IMG/VR virus record: IMGVR_UViG_3300033146_001382
Location: 1 to 64,000 of that record
Direction: 5' to 3' (one strand)
Origin: a virus
DNA: 64,000 bases
The position numbers and the translations under genes are program-made. The notes under the pieces were generated by a model, which saw nothing but the letters and a program-made list of their open reading frames with translations, did not search any database and was not told the origin of the DNA. Of this stretch, positions 8,716-17,723 are shown in pieces. Each line of letters opens with the position of its first letter. Positions within the stretch are counted from its first letter, which is position 1.

Positions 8716-11559
8716 ATGAAAACTATATTTAAAATAATTTTAATATTGGTTATACTCTCAACTTCTGTAATTAGCCATGGTGGTTCCAATAAAAAGAAAC
8801 TAATTGTAGGAGCGTTTAATTTCCCTCCTGCAATTTTTTTAAATAGTAACGGGGAGACAGAGGGATTTTTTGTTGACTTACTAAAAGAAATAGCTAAAGA
8901 AGAAGATTGGACACTTAGTTTTAAATTTACAACCTGGAGTAATGGGTTAGAGATGATGAAAAATGGTGATTTAGATATTTGGACTAGTACGGCATACACT
9001 GAAGTAAGAAACGCCTATATGGACTATAGTAACGAGCCTATACTAACAACCTGGGTAGAAATATTCTCCTCTACATCATCTAAAGTAAATAGTATATTTG
9101 ATCTAGAAAATAAAATAGTAGCTATAATGAAAAAAGATATTAATGGTATTATTTTTAAAGATTATATTAAAAAACTTAAAATAGACTGTAATATAAAATA
9201 CTACGAGGATTATTTTACAGTATTCCATGATTTAGAGACTGATTTAATTGATGTAGCAATTGCTAATAATATTGCTGGAGGATCTTATTTTACTAACCAT
9301 AAGGTACGTAGAACTAATATAGTATTAAGTCCATTTTTAATTTATTATACGGTACCAAAAAATAAGAATGCTTATGTAATAAAAGCTATAGACAAACATC
9401 TTAAAAAATGGAAATTAGATAGTAGTTCAATATATTATAAGTCGTTAGATTTTTGGTTACATAAAGAAGCTAATATTCAAAATGTAGTACCTAAGGCTAT
9501 TAAAATTATAGGAGTTATAGCAATAGTAGGATTTTTTATAATGGCTCTAATTATTTTAATATTTAAACATAAGGTTAATTCTAAATCTAGAGATGTACTA
9601 GAAGGTGAAGCTGATTATAAATCAACACTTGAAAATTTGTTAATAGGTATTATAGTGTATAAAAAACATTCTGGAATAATTATGTGTAATGAGGAAGCTG
9701 AAAAAATAATAGGATTAACATACTTACAAATAATAGAGAAGAATAGATCTGTACAAGATTGGGACTTTGTATCTGTTGATAAAACCAACTTAAAATTTGA
9801 AGACTATCCAATAAATAAAGTAATAGCCACCAACAATCCTTTAAAAGATACAGTATTAGGCATAAAAAATATTAATAAACATAGTATCACTTGGGTTTTA
9901 GTGAATGCTGTACCTATCTTTACTATGACTAATAAATTAAAAAAAATTATAGTTAATTTTATAGATATAACACATATTAAACAAACAGAAGAGCAATTAT
10001 TAAAAAATGATCAATTTTTACATACAACTAGTAAATTAGCTAAAGTAGGTGGCTGGGAATTAACTAAAGAAGGTGAAATGACTTGGTCAAAAGAACTATA
10101 CTACATACATGAAATACCTATGGGTGTACCTATTGATACTAAATTACTCATTCATAATTTATTTTTAGACCAAAAAGAGGTGATAGATGAAGCTTTTATT
10201 GAACTATTTAAAAATAAACAGAAGATATCCATCCAACTAAAATTAATAACTAAAGAAACAAAAACAGTTAAATGGCTTAGAGTAATAGCTATCCCTTTAT
10301 TAGACAAGAATGGGGAGGTAGAAAAAGTAATTGGGGCAACTCAAGATATCACTACTGTACATAACTTTGCTAAAGAAAAAGAGTTAATGACTAAGCAGTT
10401 ACAACAATCTCAAAAAATGGAGGCTATAGGTACACTCGCTGGTGGAATTGCACATGATTTTAATAATATACTGTCTGGTATATTTGGGTATACCCAGTTA
10501 GCCGAAATGAGTGTAGAAACCCCAGAAAAAGCCAGAAAACATTTAAAAATGGTTGTAGCTAGTGCTCAAAGAGCTGCAGAGTTAGTACAACAAATTTTAA
10601 CTTTTAGTAGAACACCAGATAAAGATCTAGCACCATTAAAAGTATATATAGTAATTAAAGAGGCTATGAAATTACTAAGAGCTTCAATACCTTCCTCAAT
10701 AAAGTTTACTGTAGACATCCAATCTAAAGGAAGTGTAAAGATGGACCCTACTAAAGTACACCAAATTATAATGAATCTAGTGACTAATGCATACCAAGCT
10801 ATCGGAGATGCTGAGCAGGGGGAAATAACTATAGTAGTAAGAGAAATATTTTTAAACAAAAAAGGAGTAATACCTAATGTAGGTCTTAAAAAAGGTGAGT
10901 ACTTAAAACTATCAGTAAGTGACACTGGTACAGGTATGACTAAAGAAGTACAAGAACGACTATTTGAACCATACTACACTACTAAAATAAAAGGGAAGGG
11001 TACAGGTTTGGGGCTGTCTATAGTGCATGGAATAGTTACCAATGCTGGAGGCCAAATTAATGTATATAGTGAATTAGGCATAGGTTCATCTTTTAATATT
11101 TATTTACCTCTCAGTGTAGAACTAACAGCCTATGAGAATAAAAAAGTAACTATCACTGATAAAGAGCTACTTAAAGGTACTGAAACCTTAATGATAGTAG
11201 ACGATGAGCCTATGGTAGTATCAGCTTTTCAAACTATATTAAATCAGTATGGCTATACTGTAGATATTTTCAAAAATGGAGCTCTAGGGTTAGAAGCATT
11301 CAAAAAATATCCAACCAGATATAATCTAATAGTTACAGACCAGACAATGCCAATTATGACTGGGGCAGAAATGTCAAAGCGTATTTTGGATATTAACTCT
11401 GATATGCCTATAGTTCTTTGTACAGGGCATACAGAACAAACTACAAAGGAGCAATGGAAGACTATAGGAATAAAAGGAATTCTAAATAAACCAGTACTAA
11501 CTAGTGATTTATTAATGTCTATTAGAACTATATTAAATAAAAAAGAGATAATTAAATGA
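8716..11559 (+). CDS. Hybrid sensor histidine kinase: SBP_bac_3 sensor, TM, two PAS, HisKA, HATPase, receiver
   Basis: GIAHDFNNIL H-box, MNLVTNA N-box, DTGTGM G1, KGTGLGLS G2, IVDDEP/TDQTMP/NKP receiver motifs. Confidence 0.95.
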   Translation: MKTIFKIILILVILSTSVISHGGSNKKKLIVGAFNFPPAIFLNSNGETEGFFVDLLKEIAKEEDWTLSFKFTTWSNGLEMMKNGDLDIWTSTAYTEVRNAYMDYSNEPILTTWVEIFSSTSSKVNSIFDLENKIVAIMKKDINGIIFKDYIKKLKIDCNIKYYEDYFTVFHDLETDLIDVAIANNIAGGSYFTNHKVRRTNIVLSPFLIYYTVPKNKNAYVIKAIDKHLKKWKLDSSSIYYKSLDFWLHKEANIQNVVPKAIKIIGVIAIVGFFIMALIILIFKHKVNSKSRDVLEGEADYKSTLENLLIGIIVYKKHSGIIMCNEEAEKIIGLTYLQIIEKNRSVQDWDFVSVDKTNLKFEDYPINKVIATNNPLKDTVLGIKNINKHSITWVLVNAVPIFTMTNKLKKIIVNFIDITHIKQTEEQLLKNDQFLHTTSKLAKVGGWELTKEGEMTWSKELYYIHEIPMGVPIDTKLLIHNLFLDQKEVIDEAFIELFKNKQKISIQLKLITKETKTVKWLRVIAIPLLDKNGEVEKVIGATQDITTVHNFAKEKELMTKQLQQSQKMEAIGTLAGGIAHDFNNILSGIFGYTQLAEMSVETPEKARKHLKMVVASAQRAAELVQQILTFSRTPDKDLAPLKVYIVIKEAMKLLRASIPSSIKFTVDIQSKGSVKMDPTKVHQIIMNLVTNAYQAIGDAEQGEITIVVREIFLNKKGVIPNVGLKKGEYLKLSVSDTGTGMTKEVQERLFEPYYTTKIKGKGTGLGLSIVHGIVTNAGGQINVYSELGIGSSFNIYLPLSVELTAYENKKVTITDKELLKGTETLMIVDDEPMVVSAFQTILNQYGYTVDIFKNGALGLEAFKKYPTRYNLIVTDQTMPIMTGAEMSKRILDINSDMPIVLCTGHTEQTTKEQWKTIGIKGILNKPVLTSDLLMSIRTILNKKEIIK

Positions 11560-11984
11560 TCTATTTTAAATACTTATACTATATACTTAATCATAAGTGG
11601 GATGTAGGTATAGAGTGCATAAAACTTAAATTATATTGGCATGCTATAACTCATGATCTATCTAAATTTTATCCATCAGAGTTTAAAGCCTATGCTAAAC
11701 ATTTCTATGCTGGGCCTAATAGAAGCTTATTTGAAACAGCTTGGTGCTTACATCAACATAGAAACAAACATCATTGGGAATATTGGGTAAAAGCTGATGG
11801 ACACACTGTACCGATGCCAGAGCAGTATGTAAAACAAATGGTGGCAGACTGGAAAGGCATGGCTAGAAATAAAAAATTTGATCCGGCTGGTATTTTTTAC
11901 ATTAAAAATAAATATAAAATGAAGCTACATAAACAAACCAAAGCTTGCATATTAAAACTATTATATGAGGAAATTTATGACTAA
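11556..11984 (+). CDS. DUF5662-like HD-fold protein
   Basis: HDLSKF...HQHRNKHHWEYW...MVADW. Confidence 0.75.
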   Translation: MIYFKYLYYILNHKWDVGIECIKLKLYWHAITHDLSKFYPSEFKAYAKHFYAGPNRSLFETAWCLHQHRNKHHWEYWVKADGHTVPMPEQYVKQMVADWKGMARNKKFDPAGIFYIKNKYKMKLHKQTKACILKLLYEEIYD

Positions 11985-12441
11985 AAAAGAACAATTAATT
12001 ACGTGGTACCATACTATTGATTCTTTCAGTGATTTAGAAGACTATTATATTAAATTAATGAATTGTATTGATAATAAACTAGAGGACAACTATTGGACAA
12101 TTATACGTCTAAAAGATAATATACTTAATATACTATGGTATAGTCCTTGTAATTTTATAACTAATATAATTAAATATCGTAAGTTTTTATGGGAAGATAG
12201 ATGGTATGACTACTGGTTCTTATTAAATGCAATTCAAATAAAATTGGAACAAGATGCTAAGAACTATAGAAATAATGGCATTTGTACTTCAACTGATGAG
12301 GTGGCAAAAGAGATGGAAAATACTGTAGCACTTATTAAAAGGATAAATAATGATAATTATGATGATTTTAAACAATCTAAGGTAGATATTAAAAATTTAT
12401 TTGATTATATTGGAAATAATATTTTAAAATGGTGGGATTAA
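11965..12441 (+). CDS. Phage hypothetical protein
   Basis: ORF; LWEDRWYDYWFLL segment typical of large-phage hypotheticals. Confidence 0.6.
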   Translation: MRKFMTKKEQLITWYHTIDSFSDLEDYYIKLMNCIDNKLEDNYWTIIRLKDNILNILWYSPCNFITNIIKYRKFLWEDRWYDYWFLLNAIQIKLEQDAKNYRNNGICTSTDEVAKEMENTVALIKRINNDNYDDFKQSKVDIKNLFDYIGNNILKWWD

Positions 12442-12475
12442 TTTATACAATTAAGGAGATAAACTATATATATAA

Positions 12476-12874
12476 ATGACTATAACATTTGATATAAATA
12501 AAAAAACTAATATTGTTACACATAAGTGGACTGGTAGTATAACAGGTAATTATATAAGTGGCAGACTAAAGGAACTTACTCAATTACCTAGTTGGACTTT
12601 TGGTATGTCGCATATAATAGATATTAAAAAAGCTAACTTTGAATTTATGAGTTCTAATGAATTAATACAAGTACTATCACATATGGAATCTAATACTTTA
12701 AGAAACTCCAAGGGGGAAATTATAGGTAAAATAGTACTACTAACTGATAGAAATAAAAGTAGTTTAGCACATGAACTAAAATTATTTAATTTATTTAAAT
12801 CTAAAACTAATAGAAAAATTAATTTATTTTATGATAAAAATACTTTATGTAAATGGTTAAACAGTAAATATTAA
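12476..12874 (+). CDS. STAS/SpoIIAA-like alpha/beta protein
   Basis: THKWTGSITG, HIIDIKKA, KIVLLTD, NLFYDK..LCKWL pattern. Confidence 0.5.
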   Translation: MTITFDINKKTNIVTHKWTGSITGNYISGRLKELTQLPSWTFGMSHIIDIKKANFEFMSSNELIQVLSHMESNTLRNSKGEIIGKIVLLTDRNKSSLAHELKLFNLFKSKTNRKINLFYDKNTLCKWLNSKY

Positions 12875-12885
12875 GAGGAATAAAA

Positions 12886-13140
12886 ATGAATAATGAATTA
12901 AAGATTTCTACAAAAGATGTTAAAGTTAAATTAACACTAGTTAATAGACAGTCTATAACAGGGACTTTAAATATAATAGGTTATGATCGATTATCTGATT
13001 TTATAGAGATTGATAAGGGAAAACATTTAAAATTGTATAATGCCACCACTGAAGGTAATACACTTAATTTTATTTTAGTTACTAAAGTACATGTACTTTA
13101 TTATGAACTAGACATAACTAAAAATACCTATTACATGTAA
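12886..13140 (+). CDS. DUF6812-like protein
   Basis: ITGTLNI..YDRLSDFI...LYNAT...FILVTK pattern recalled from deltaproteobacterial proteins. Confidence 0.6.
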   Translation: MNNELKISTKDVKVKLTLVNRQSITGTLNIIGYDRLSDFIEIDKGKHLKLYNATTEGNTLNFILVTKVHVLYYELDITKNTYYM

Positions 13141-13166
13141 TTTATAAGGAGGAATTGAATAAACAC

Positions 13167-13325
13167 ATGGAAGAAGTAATTAAAGACTATATTAAACGTA
13201 TGTTTACATTTATTTTACCCCCATGGGAACCTAAGTATGAAGGTGTTCTTATTTATGATATACAGCAACATAATTGGGTTGGTGGAGATAGTATAGGTTG
13301 GGTAGTAATAAAAAAGGAAACTTAA
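13167..13325 (+). CDS. 52-aa protein, paralog of 13329-13532, absent from ORF track
   Basis: MEEVIKDYIKRMFTFILPPWEPKYEGVLIYD...; AAGGAGG upstream. Confidence 0.6.
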   Translation: MEEVIKDYIKRMFTFILPPWEPKYEGVLIYDIQQHNWVGGDSIGWVVIKKET

Positions 13326-13328
13326 TTT

Positions 13329-13532
13329 ATGGAAATAAATGTAATAAATTATATTAAAAATATGTTTGCTATGGAAACTACTCCAGTATGGAATGCAGGT
13401 TATGAAGGTACTATTTTTTATGATAAAAGTACTAGAAAATGGATTTCAGGTATTTATTCTAATTTAGCATTTAACATAATAAATGATGATTTAGATAATA
13501 CTTTTTATATAGACAATATGTATAAGATATAA
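13329..13532 (+). CDS. Small protein, paralog of 13167-13325
   Basis: YIKNMF...PVWNAGYEGTIFYD...W. Confidence 0.6.
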   Translation: MEINVINYIKNMFAMETTPVWNAGYEGTIFYDKSTRKWISGIYSNLAFNIINDDLDNTFYIDNMYKI

Positions 13533-13547
13533 AAAAAAGGATTCACT

Positions 13548-14201
13548 ATGCAAGTAAAAAATAAAACATTACAAAATTTACTATTAAATATAGTAGAGTA
13601 TAGTCATGATATTATATGGATTATAGACACTAATTTAATTGTAGTATACTTCAATAAAGCTATAGAAAAATACGGTTGGAAACGTGATAATTTAATAGGG
13701 AAAAATATATTAAATATAATGGATAAACAATCAAGTAATTTATTTAAAACTACCATAAATAATAAATTTACTACATGTAGTGAGAAAGCTGCAGTAGTCG
13801 AAACTAATAATTTTTTTAATGGTACTAAAAATATTTTTATTCTAGAGTCTACTTGTAAAGTATTACATAATAACTATGGTAAGATTATAGGACTATATGG
13901 TATCTCAAGAGATGTTACTTGTAATAAGCAATTGGAACAAATAACTTTAGAGAAAGAAAAGAAAAAAATGCTAGTTGAAGTATCCGGAGGTATTTGCCAC
14001 GAAGTAAGTCAACCTTTACAAGTCATGATGGGGTATATAGATCTACTGGATACTACAGAACTTAGTGTAGAAGGTAAAAAATATATAAACAACCTACATA
14101 CTAGTATGAATAGATTAAATACTTTAGTTAAAAAGATACAAAATATAAAAGAATATAAAACTAGGTCATATTTAACTACTAAAATAATTGACCTAGATTA
14201 G
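13548..14201 (+). CDS. PAS + HisKA (DHp) protein lacking an ATPase domain
   Basis: PAS (DIIWIIDTNLIVVYFNKA...GISRDVT) then ICHEVSQPLQVMMGY; ends KIIDLD. Confidence 0.8.
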   Translation: MQVKNKTLQNLLLNIVEYSHDIIWIIDTNLIVVYFNKAIEKYGWKRDNLIGKNILNIMDKQSSNLFKTTINNKFTTCSEKAAVVETNNFFNGTKNIFILESTCKVLHNNYGKIIGLYGISRDVTCNKQLEQITLEKEKKKMLVEVSGGICHEVSQPLQVMMGYIDLLDTTELSVEGKKYINNLHTSMNRLNTLVKKIQNIKEYKTRSYLTTKIIDLD

Positions 14202-14210
14202 GAGTTATAG

Positions 14211-14459
14211 ATGAAAATAGAAAAACGAAAGTTTAAACGAGTTATATTTAAAAATTATGTAAATATTATAAATAATGGTAAAATACTGAAAGTTAAATCA
14301 ACTAATGTATCTAGACATGGTATGTTCTTAAATACCAACGTTTTTAATGTAGGGGATAAATTAGTTGCTATATTCTCAGTACTACTTAATATACCATTAA
14401 AAAAAGATATTATTGTAATTAGAAAAAATAATAATGGGATAGGTATCAAATTTATATAA
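14211..14459 (+). CDS. Stand-alone PilZ-domain protein
   Basis: RKFKR (RxxxR) and NVSRHG (NxSxxG) motifs; terminal GIGIKF. Confidence 0.85.
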   Translation: MKIEKRKFKRVIFKNYVNIINNGKILKVKSTNVSRHGMFLNTNVFNVGDKLVAIFSVLLNIPLKKDIIVIRKNNNGIGIKFI

Positions 14460-14469
14460 CTTAGTTATA

Positions 14470-14655
14470 CTAACATTGTACTGTACATTTAGAACTAAAT
14501 AGTCTTTTAAAAAACATAATAAACCCTCTTTGTTGAGGAGGTGCAGTGTCCCACGGAGGATTCTCCCATTTTCCAGAGTTACAAATAAATACTGACTCAA
14601 TGGGTAAAGCAGTTGAGTTTGTTTTAGTTAGTGTTGGTTTTGTCCAATTTTTCAT
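14470..14655 (-). CDS. RiPP-precursor-like peptide (61 aa)
   Basis: AAGGAG RBS; leader MKNWTKPTL (WxxPxL); PIESVFIC; three Cys. Confidence 0.6.
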   Translation of the reverse strand: MKNWTKPTLTKTNSTALPIESVFICNSGKWENPPWDTAPPQQRGFIMFFKRLFSSKCTVQC

Positions 14656-14683
14656 AATTTATCTCCTTTATAATTTACATAAG

Positions 14684-15526
14684 TTAGTTTATTAAGTCAT
14701 TTTCTATATCATTTATTACATTGTAGGATAAATCAAAATATAAATTACTATACTTTATATCTTGTAATTTATATATTTTTTTTACATACTCTAGATCTAC
14801 ATTAAAATAGCTAACTATATTTTTATATAATTCTTCCACTTTATTTGGTGTTTCTATTATAGTTATATTAGTTGATTGATATAAAAAATAGAATTTATTT
14901 ATATATGCGGTTAAATTACTAGTTTTTTCATAAGATCCATGACACCAATGACCGAAAGCCTTATTACCTAATAAAATAGTACGGTCATCACATAATAACG
15001 ACCAGCCGCGTTGTTCTAATTTTTTAGACAAAGTAGATTTACCAGTACCTGAACTACCTAGTAAAGTTATAGCTTTATTATTTTTTATTAAACTATTACC
15101 ATGTAAAATTAAACCATTATTTTTAATTACATATGGATATAACATCACTTGATCAGAATAAAATACACATAAATTATTAATTAACTTTTTATTATAAATA
15201 CTTATTATATTTTTTGGAAGATATATCCGCCAATCAGTTAGCTCTTTATTAACAACAGCTTTTATATTATAAGGTTTATAAAAATATAATATATCTGTAT
15301 TACTTTCTTTTATAATCCAGGTAGAATTTTGAAATCTAGTTTTATATTTTTTAAAAAAATTAAATTTTAATTTAAATAGATTATGAGTTATTTTAATATC
15401 TATATCATTAGTATTATCTATATCTACTTTAAATTTATTAAATTGCTCATTTAAAACTAAACTACTTTTAATTGGCGTATTTAATTCTATTACACAGTTA
15501 CATGTTTTATAATAACTTTTATACAT
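14684..15526 (-). CDS. HprK-related P-loop kinase (RiPP-cassette type)
   Basis: GLILHGNS...LLGSSGTGKST...LLCDDRTIL...HWCHG. Confidence 0.8.
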   Translation of the reverse strand: MYKSYYKTCNCVIELNTPIKSSLVLNEQFNKFKVDIDNTNDIDIKITHNLFKLKFNFFKKYKTRFQNSTWIIKESNTDILYFYKPYNIKAVVNKELTDWRIYLPKNIISIYNKKLINNLCVFYSDQVMLYPYVIKNNGLILHGNSLIKNNKAITLLGSSGTGKSTLSKKLEQRGWSLLCDDRTILLGNKAFGHWCHGSYEKTSNLTAYINKFYFLYQSTNITIIETPNKVEELYKNIVSYFNVDLEYVKKIYKLQDIKYSNLYFDLSYNVINDIENDLIN

Positions 15527-15532
15527 ATATAA

Positions 15533-15560
15533 ATAATAAGTATTATTATTATATTGTCAA
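15533..15560 (-). promoter_or_regulatory. Promoter TTGACA-N16-TATTAT; probably leaderless mRNA
   Basis: -10 ends 6 nt before the ATG at 15526; no SD. Confidence 0.6.
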
Positions 15561-15620
15561 TAAACTAACTAGTAAATATATGAGATACTTATTTTTATTA
15601 TAAATAAAAGGAGGTAATTC

Positions 15621-15824
15621 ATGTCTAGATACTTAACACAATTATACGATATAGCATATAAATTGAGGAGTGTAGATCCCAGTACATTTAGTAGTATTTG
15701 TTTTGGTTACTTTAAAACTAAACCTGTAGGGTGTGTAACTGCTTCATTAGATTTAGGTTGTGGTGGCAAAAAGACTGATAAAGAAATAAGTATAGTACTA
15801 CCACCTAATATCGTAATTCAATAA
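15621..15824 (+). CDS. Hypothetical protein
   Basis: AGGAGG RBS. Confidence 0.6.
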   Translation: MSRYLTQLYDIAYKLRSVDPSTFSSICFGYFKTKPVGCVTASLDLGCGGKKTDKEISIVLPPNIVIQ

Positions 15825-15924
15825 TAATTATATATAAATTTTGTGCTTAATTATAGGTATAATTATTTAACCTACTTATAATTAGGCACTTAAAATTTAT
15901 TATTTTTTAGTTAAAGGAGAGGTA

Positions 15925-16695
15925 ATGGCTAGATTATCTAGAGTTTTTAGTAAAAAGCGGTGTAAAAACAATCAAACCAATAAATCCACATTAATGGATC
16001 GAATGACGTCTAGACAAAATAGTAGTATGATTAGTGATAATAATCTTTTAGGTGATTTATTTATTACTACTGATATGGATAATATAGTAGACTTAACTCA
16101 ATTACATAAACCAATTGTGAGTAGACTTAAAACTTCGACTAAAATAACTAATTTACAGAATAAAACTAGTATAGCATTTGATGGTAAAGACGCTAATTTA
16201 AATATACTTGATAATGGTAATTTTAATTTTAATATAGATGATTTTTCAATTGACTGGTGGGAATACCAATTACCAGAACCAGACGGTTGGGAATTAGAAG
16301 TAGCTACTACCCAGTATATTGTATATAAAAATTCTATTGATAAAAAAGCTCCTTTACAGATATCTAATAGCCCAGATAAAACTATTTCTATTTCTAGTGA
16401 TGGTAGCCATTGGGATATATCAGATAATAGATATATAGGTACTGTAGACTATAATAAATGGACTCATTGGGCCATAGTAAGAGCTAATAATAATTTTTAC
16501 ACTTTTAAAAATGGGGCAATAAAGAATATATGGTCATCCTCTAAAGCTATTAATTCTTCAGACGGTTATTTAACTTTTGGTAGTAATCCTAAAGGTAATA
16601 ATTTTTATGGTTATTTAGATAAAATACGTATTATAAAAGGCACTTCATTGTGGACAGATGAGTTTAAACCCACAAAAGAGGATTTATTTTATTAA
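15925..16695 (+). CDS. LamG/concanavalin A-like domain protein
   Basis: DFSIDWWEY, WTHWAIVR, GYLDKIRIIKG...WTDEFKP. Confidence 0.85.
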   Translation: MARLSRVFSKKRCKNNQTNKSTLMDRMTSRQNSSMISDNNLLGDLFITTDMDNIVDLTQLHKPIVSRLKTSTKITNLQNKTSIAFDGKDANLNILDNGNFNFNIDDFSIDWWEYQLPEPDGWELEVATTQYIVYKNSIDKKAPLQISNSPDKTISISSDGSHWDISDNRYIGTVDYNKWTHWAIVRANNNFYTFKNGAIKNIWSSSKAINSSDGYLTFGSNPKGNNFYGYLDKIRIIKGTSLWTDEFKPTKEDLFY

Positions 16696-16699
16696 TTTG

Positions 16700-16727
16700 T
16701 TGACAATTATGTAATAAGTATTATAGT
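16700..16727 (+). promoter_or_regulatory. Promoter TTGACA-N16-TATAGT
   Basis: Same spacing as other copies. Confidence 0.6.
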
Positions 16728-16757
16728 CTATATATAATATTTTAAGAAAGGAAAATC

Positions 16758-16943
16758 ATGAGAATTACTTATCAACAATTATTTACTAATATTAGATCTA
16801 GAATTAATATATTCACAAATCTACCTCATTATTATTCTAAATTATACAATAACTATAATAAACCATTAAATACAGAAGCTATACCTATAAAAATAGATAG
16901 AATAAGTACTAATATAGGTAGCACTATTAATATATATATTTAA
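16758..16943 (+). CDS. Hypothetical protein
   Basis: AAGGA RBS. Confidence 0.45.
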   Translation: MRITYQQLFTNIRSRINIFTNLPHYYSKLYNNYNKPLNTEAIPIKIDRISTNIGSTINIYI

Positions 16944-16957
16944 ATTAAGGAAAAAAA

Positions 16958-17296
16958 ATGAAAAATAAAAAAATGACTGACTTTATAATAGCTAATGAAG
17001 TATTAGATAATTTAAGTACGACCCTAAAAAACATGTTTGCTGACGATGTAACTTTTGGGTACGGAGAGGAATTTAAAAAATTAACTGAAAGAACTTATGA
17101 AGTTATGTGTCATATGGAAGCTGCAAATGAAGAGCTTGAAAAAGACCCAGGGATTTTACAAACTGCCCACAAATTTAGTATAACTACAGAATCTGTTATA
17201 GAAGATATATCTAAAATAATGATGTACTCTACTATAGCAAAACAAGGGTTGATAATAGAAACACTAACTTTGTTACTAGAGGGTAAAGATGAGTAA
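16958..17296 (+). CDS. Hypothetical helical protein
   Basis: ORF with AAGGA RBS. Confidence 0.65.
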   Translation: MKNKKMTDFIIANEVLDNLSTTLKNMFADDVTFGYGEEFKKLTERTYEVMCHMEAANEELEKDPGILQTAHKFSITTESVIEDISKIMMYSTIAKQGLIIETLTLLLEGKDE

Positions 17297-17723
17297 CCCT
17301 ATATGTTATGAGTGTTTAAAGTTAATGGTTAAAAAACATAGTATAATTTATATTAATAGACCAGGATTTGGAGAGTATAAGGTTCCAGGAGTATTGCATT
17401 TTTCATGTGAGAAATGCGGGACTAAGATAATTCCACCTATTGAGTCATTAAGAATTACCCAAAAAGGTATTAAATTACACTTATTAAAAGTACTTAAAGA
17501 ATTAAATACTGAGTCAGTATTAAATCTATGTCAGATATTAAAGTGTGAACTTAGTGAGTTAAATGAAGTACTAATACAATTAAATGATGAAAATATCATT
17601 TCATTGAGTGATACCGGTAGATTTCCTATGGTAAGTTTAAATACAATAGAACCTAAAATTAAAAAAGGATTTATCTCAAAATTAATTAATAGCTTATTTA
17701 AAGGTGAAGCTAGTGATATATAA
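17289..17723 (+). CDS. YgiT/MqsA-type Zn-finger plus HTH-like protein
   Basis: CYEC...VPGVLHFSCEKCG. Confidence 0.6.
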   Translation: MSNPICYECLKLMVKKHSIIYINRPGFGEYKVPGVLHFSCEKCGTKIIPPIESLRITQKGIKLHLLKVLKELNTESVLNLCQILKCELSELNEVLIQLNDENIISLSDTGRFPMVSLNTIEPKIKKGFISKLINSLFKGEASDI

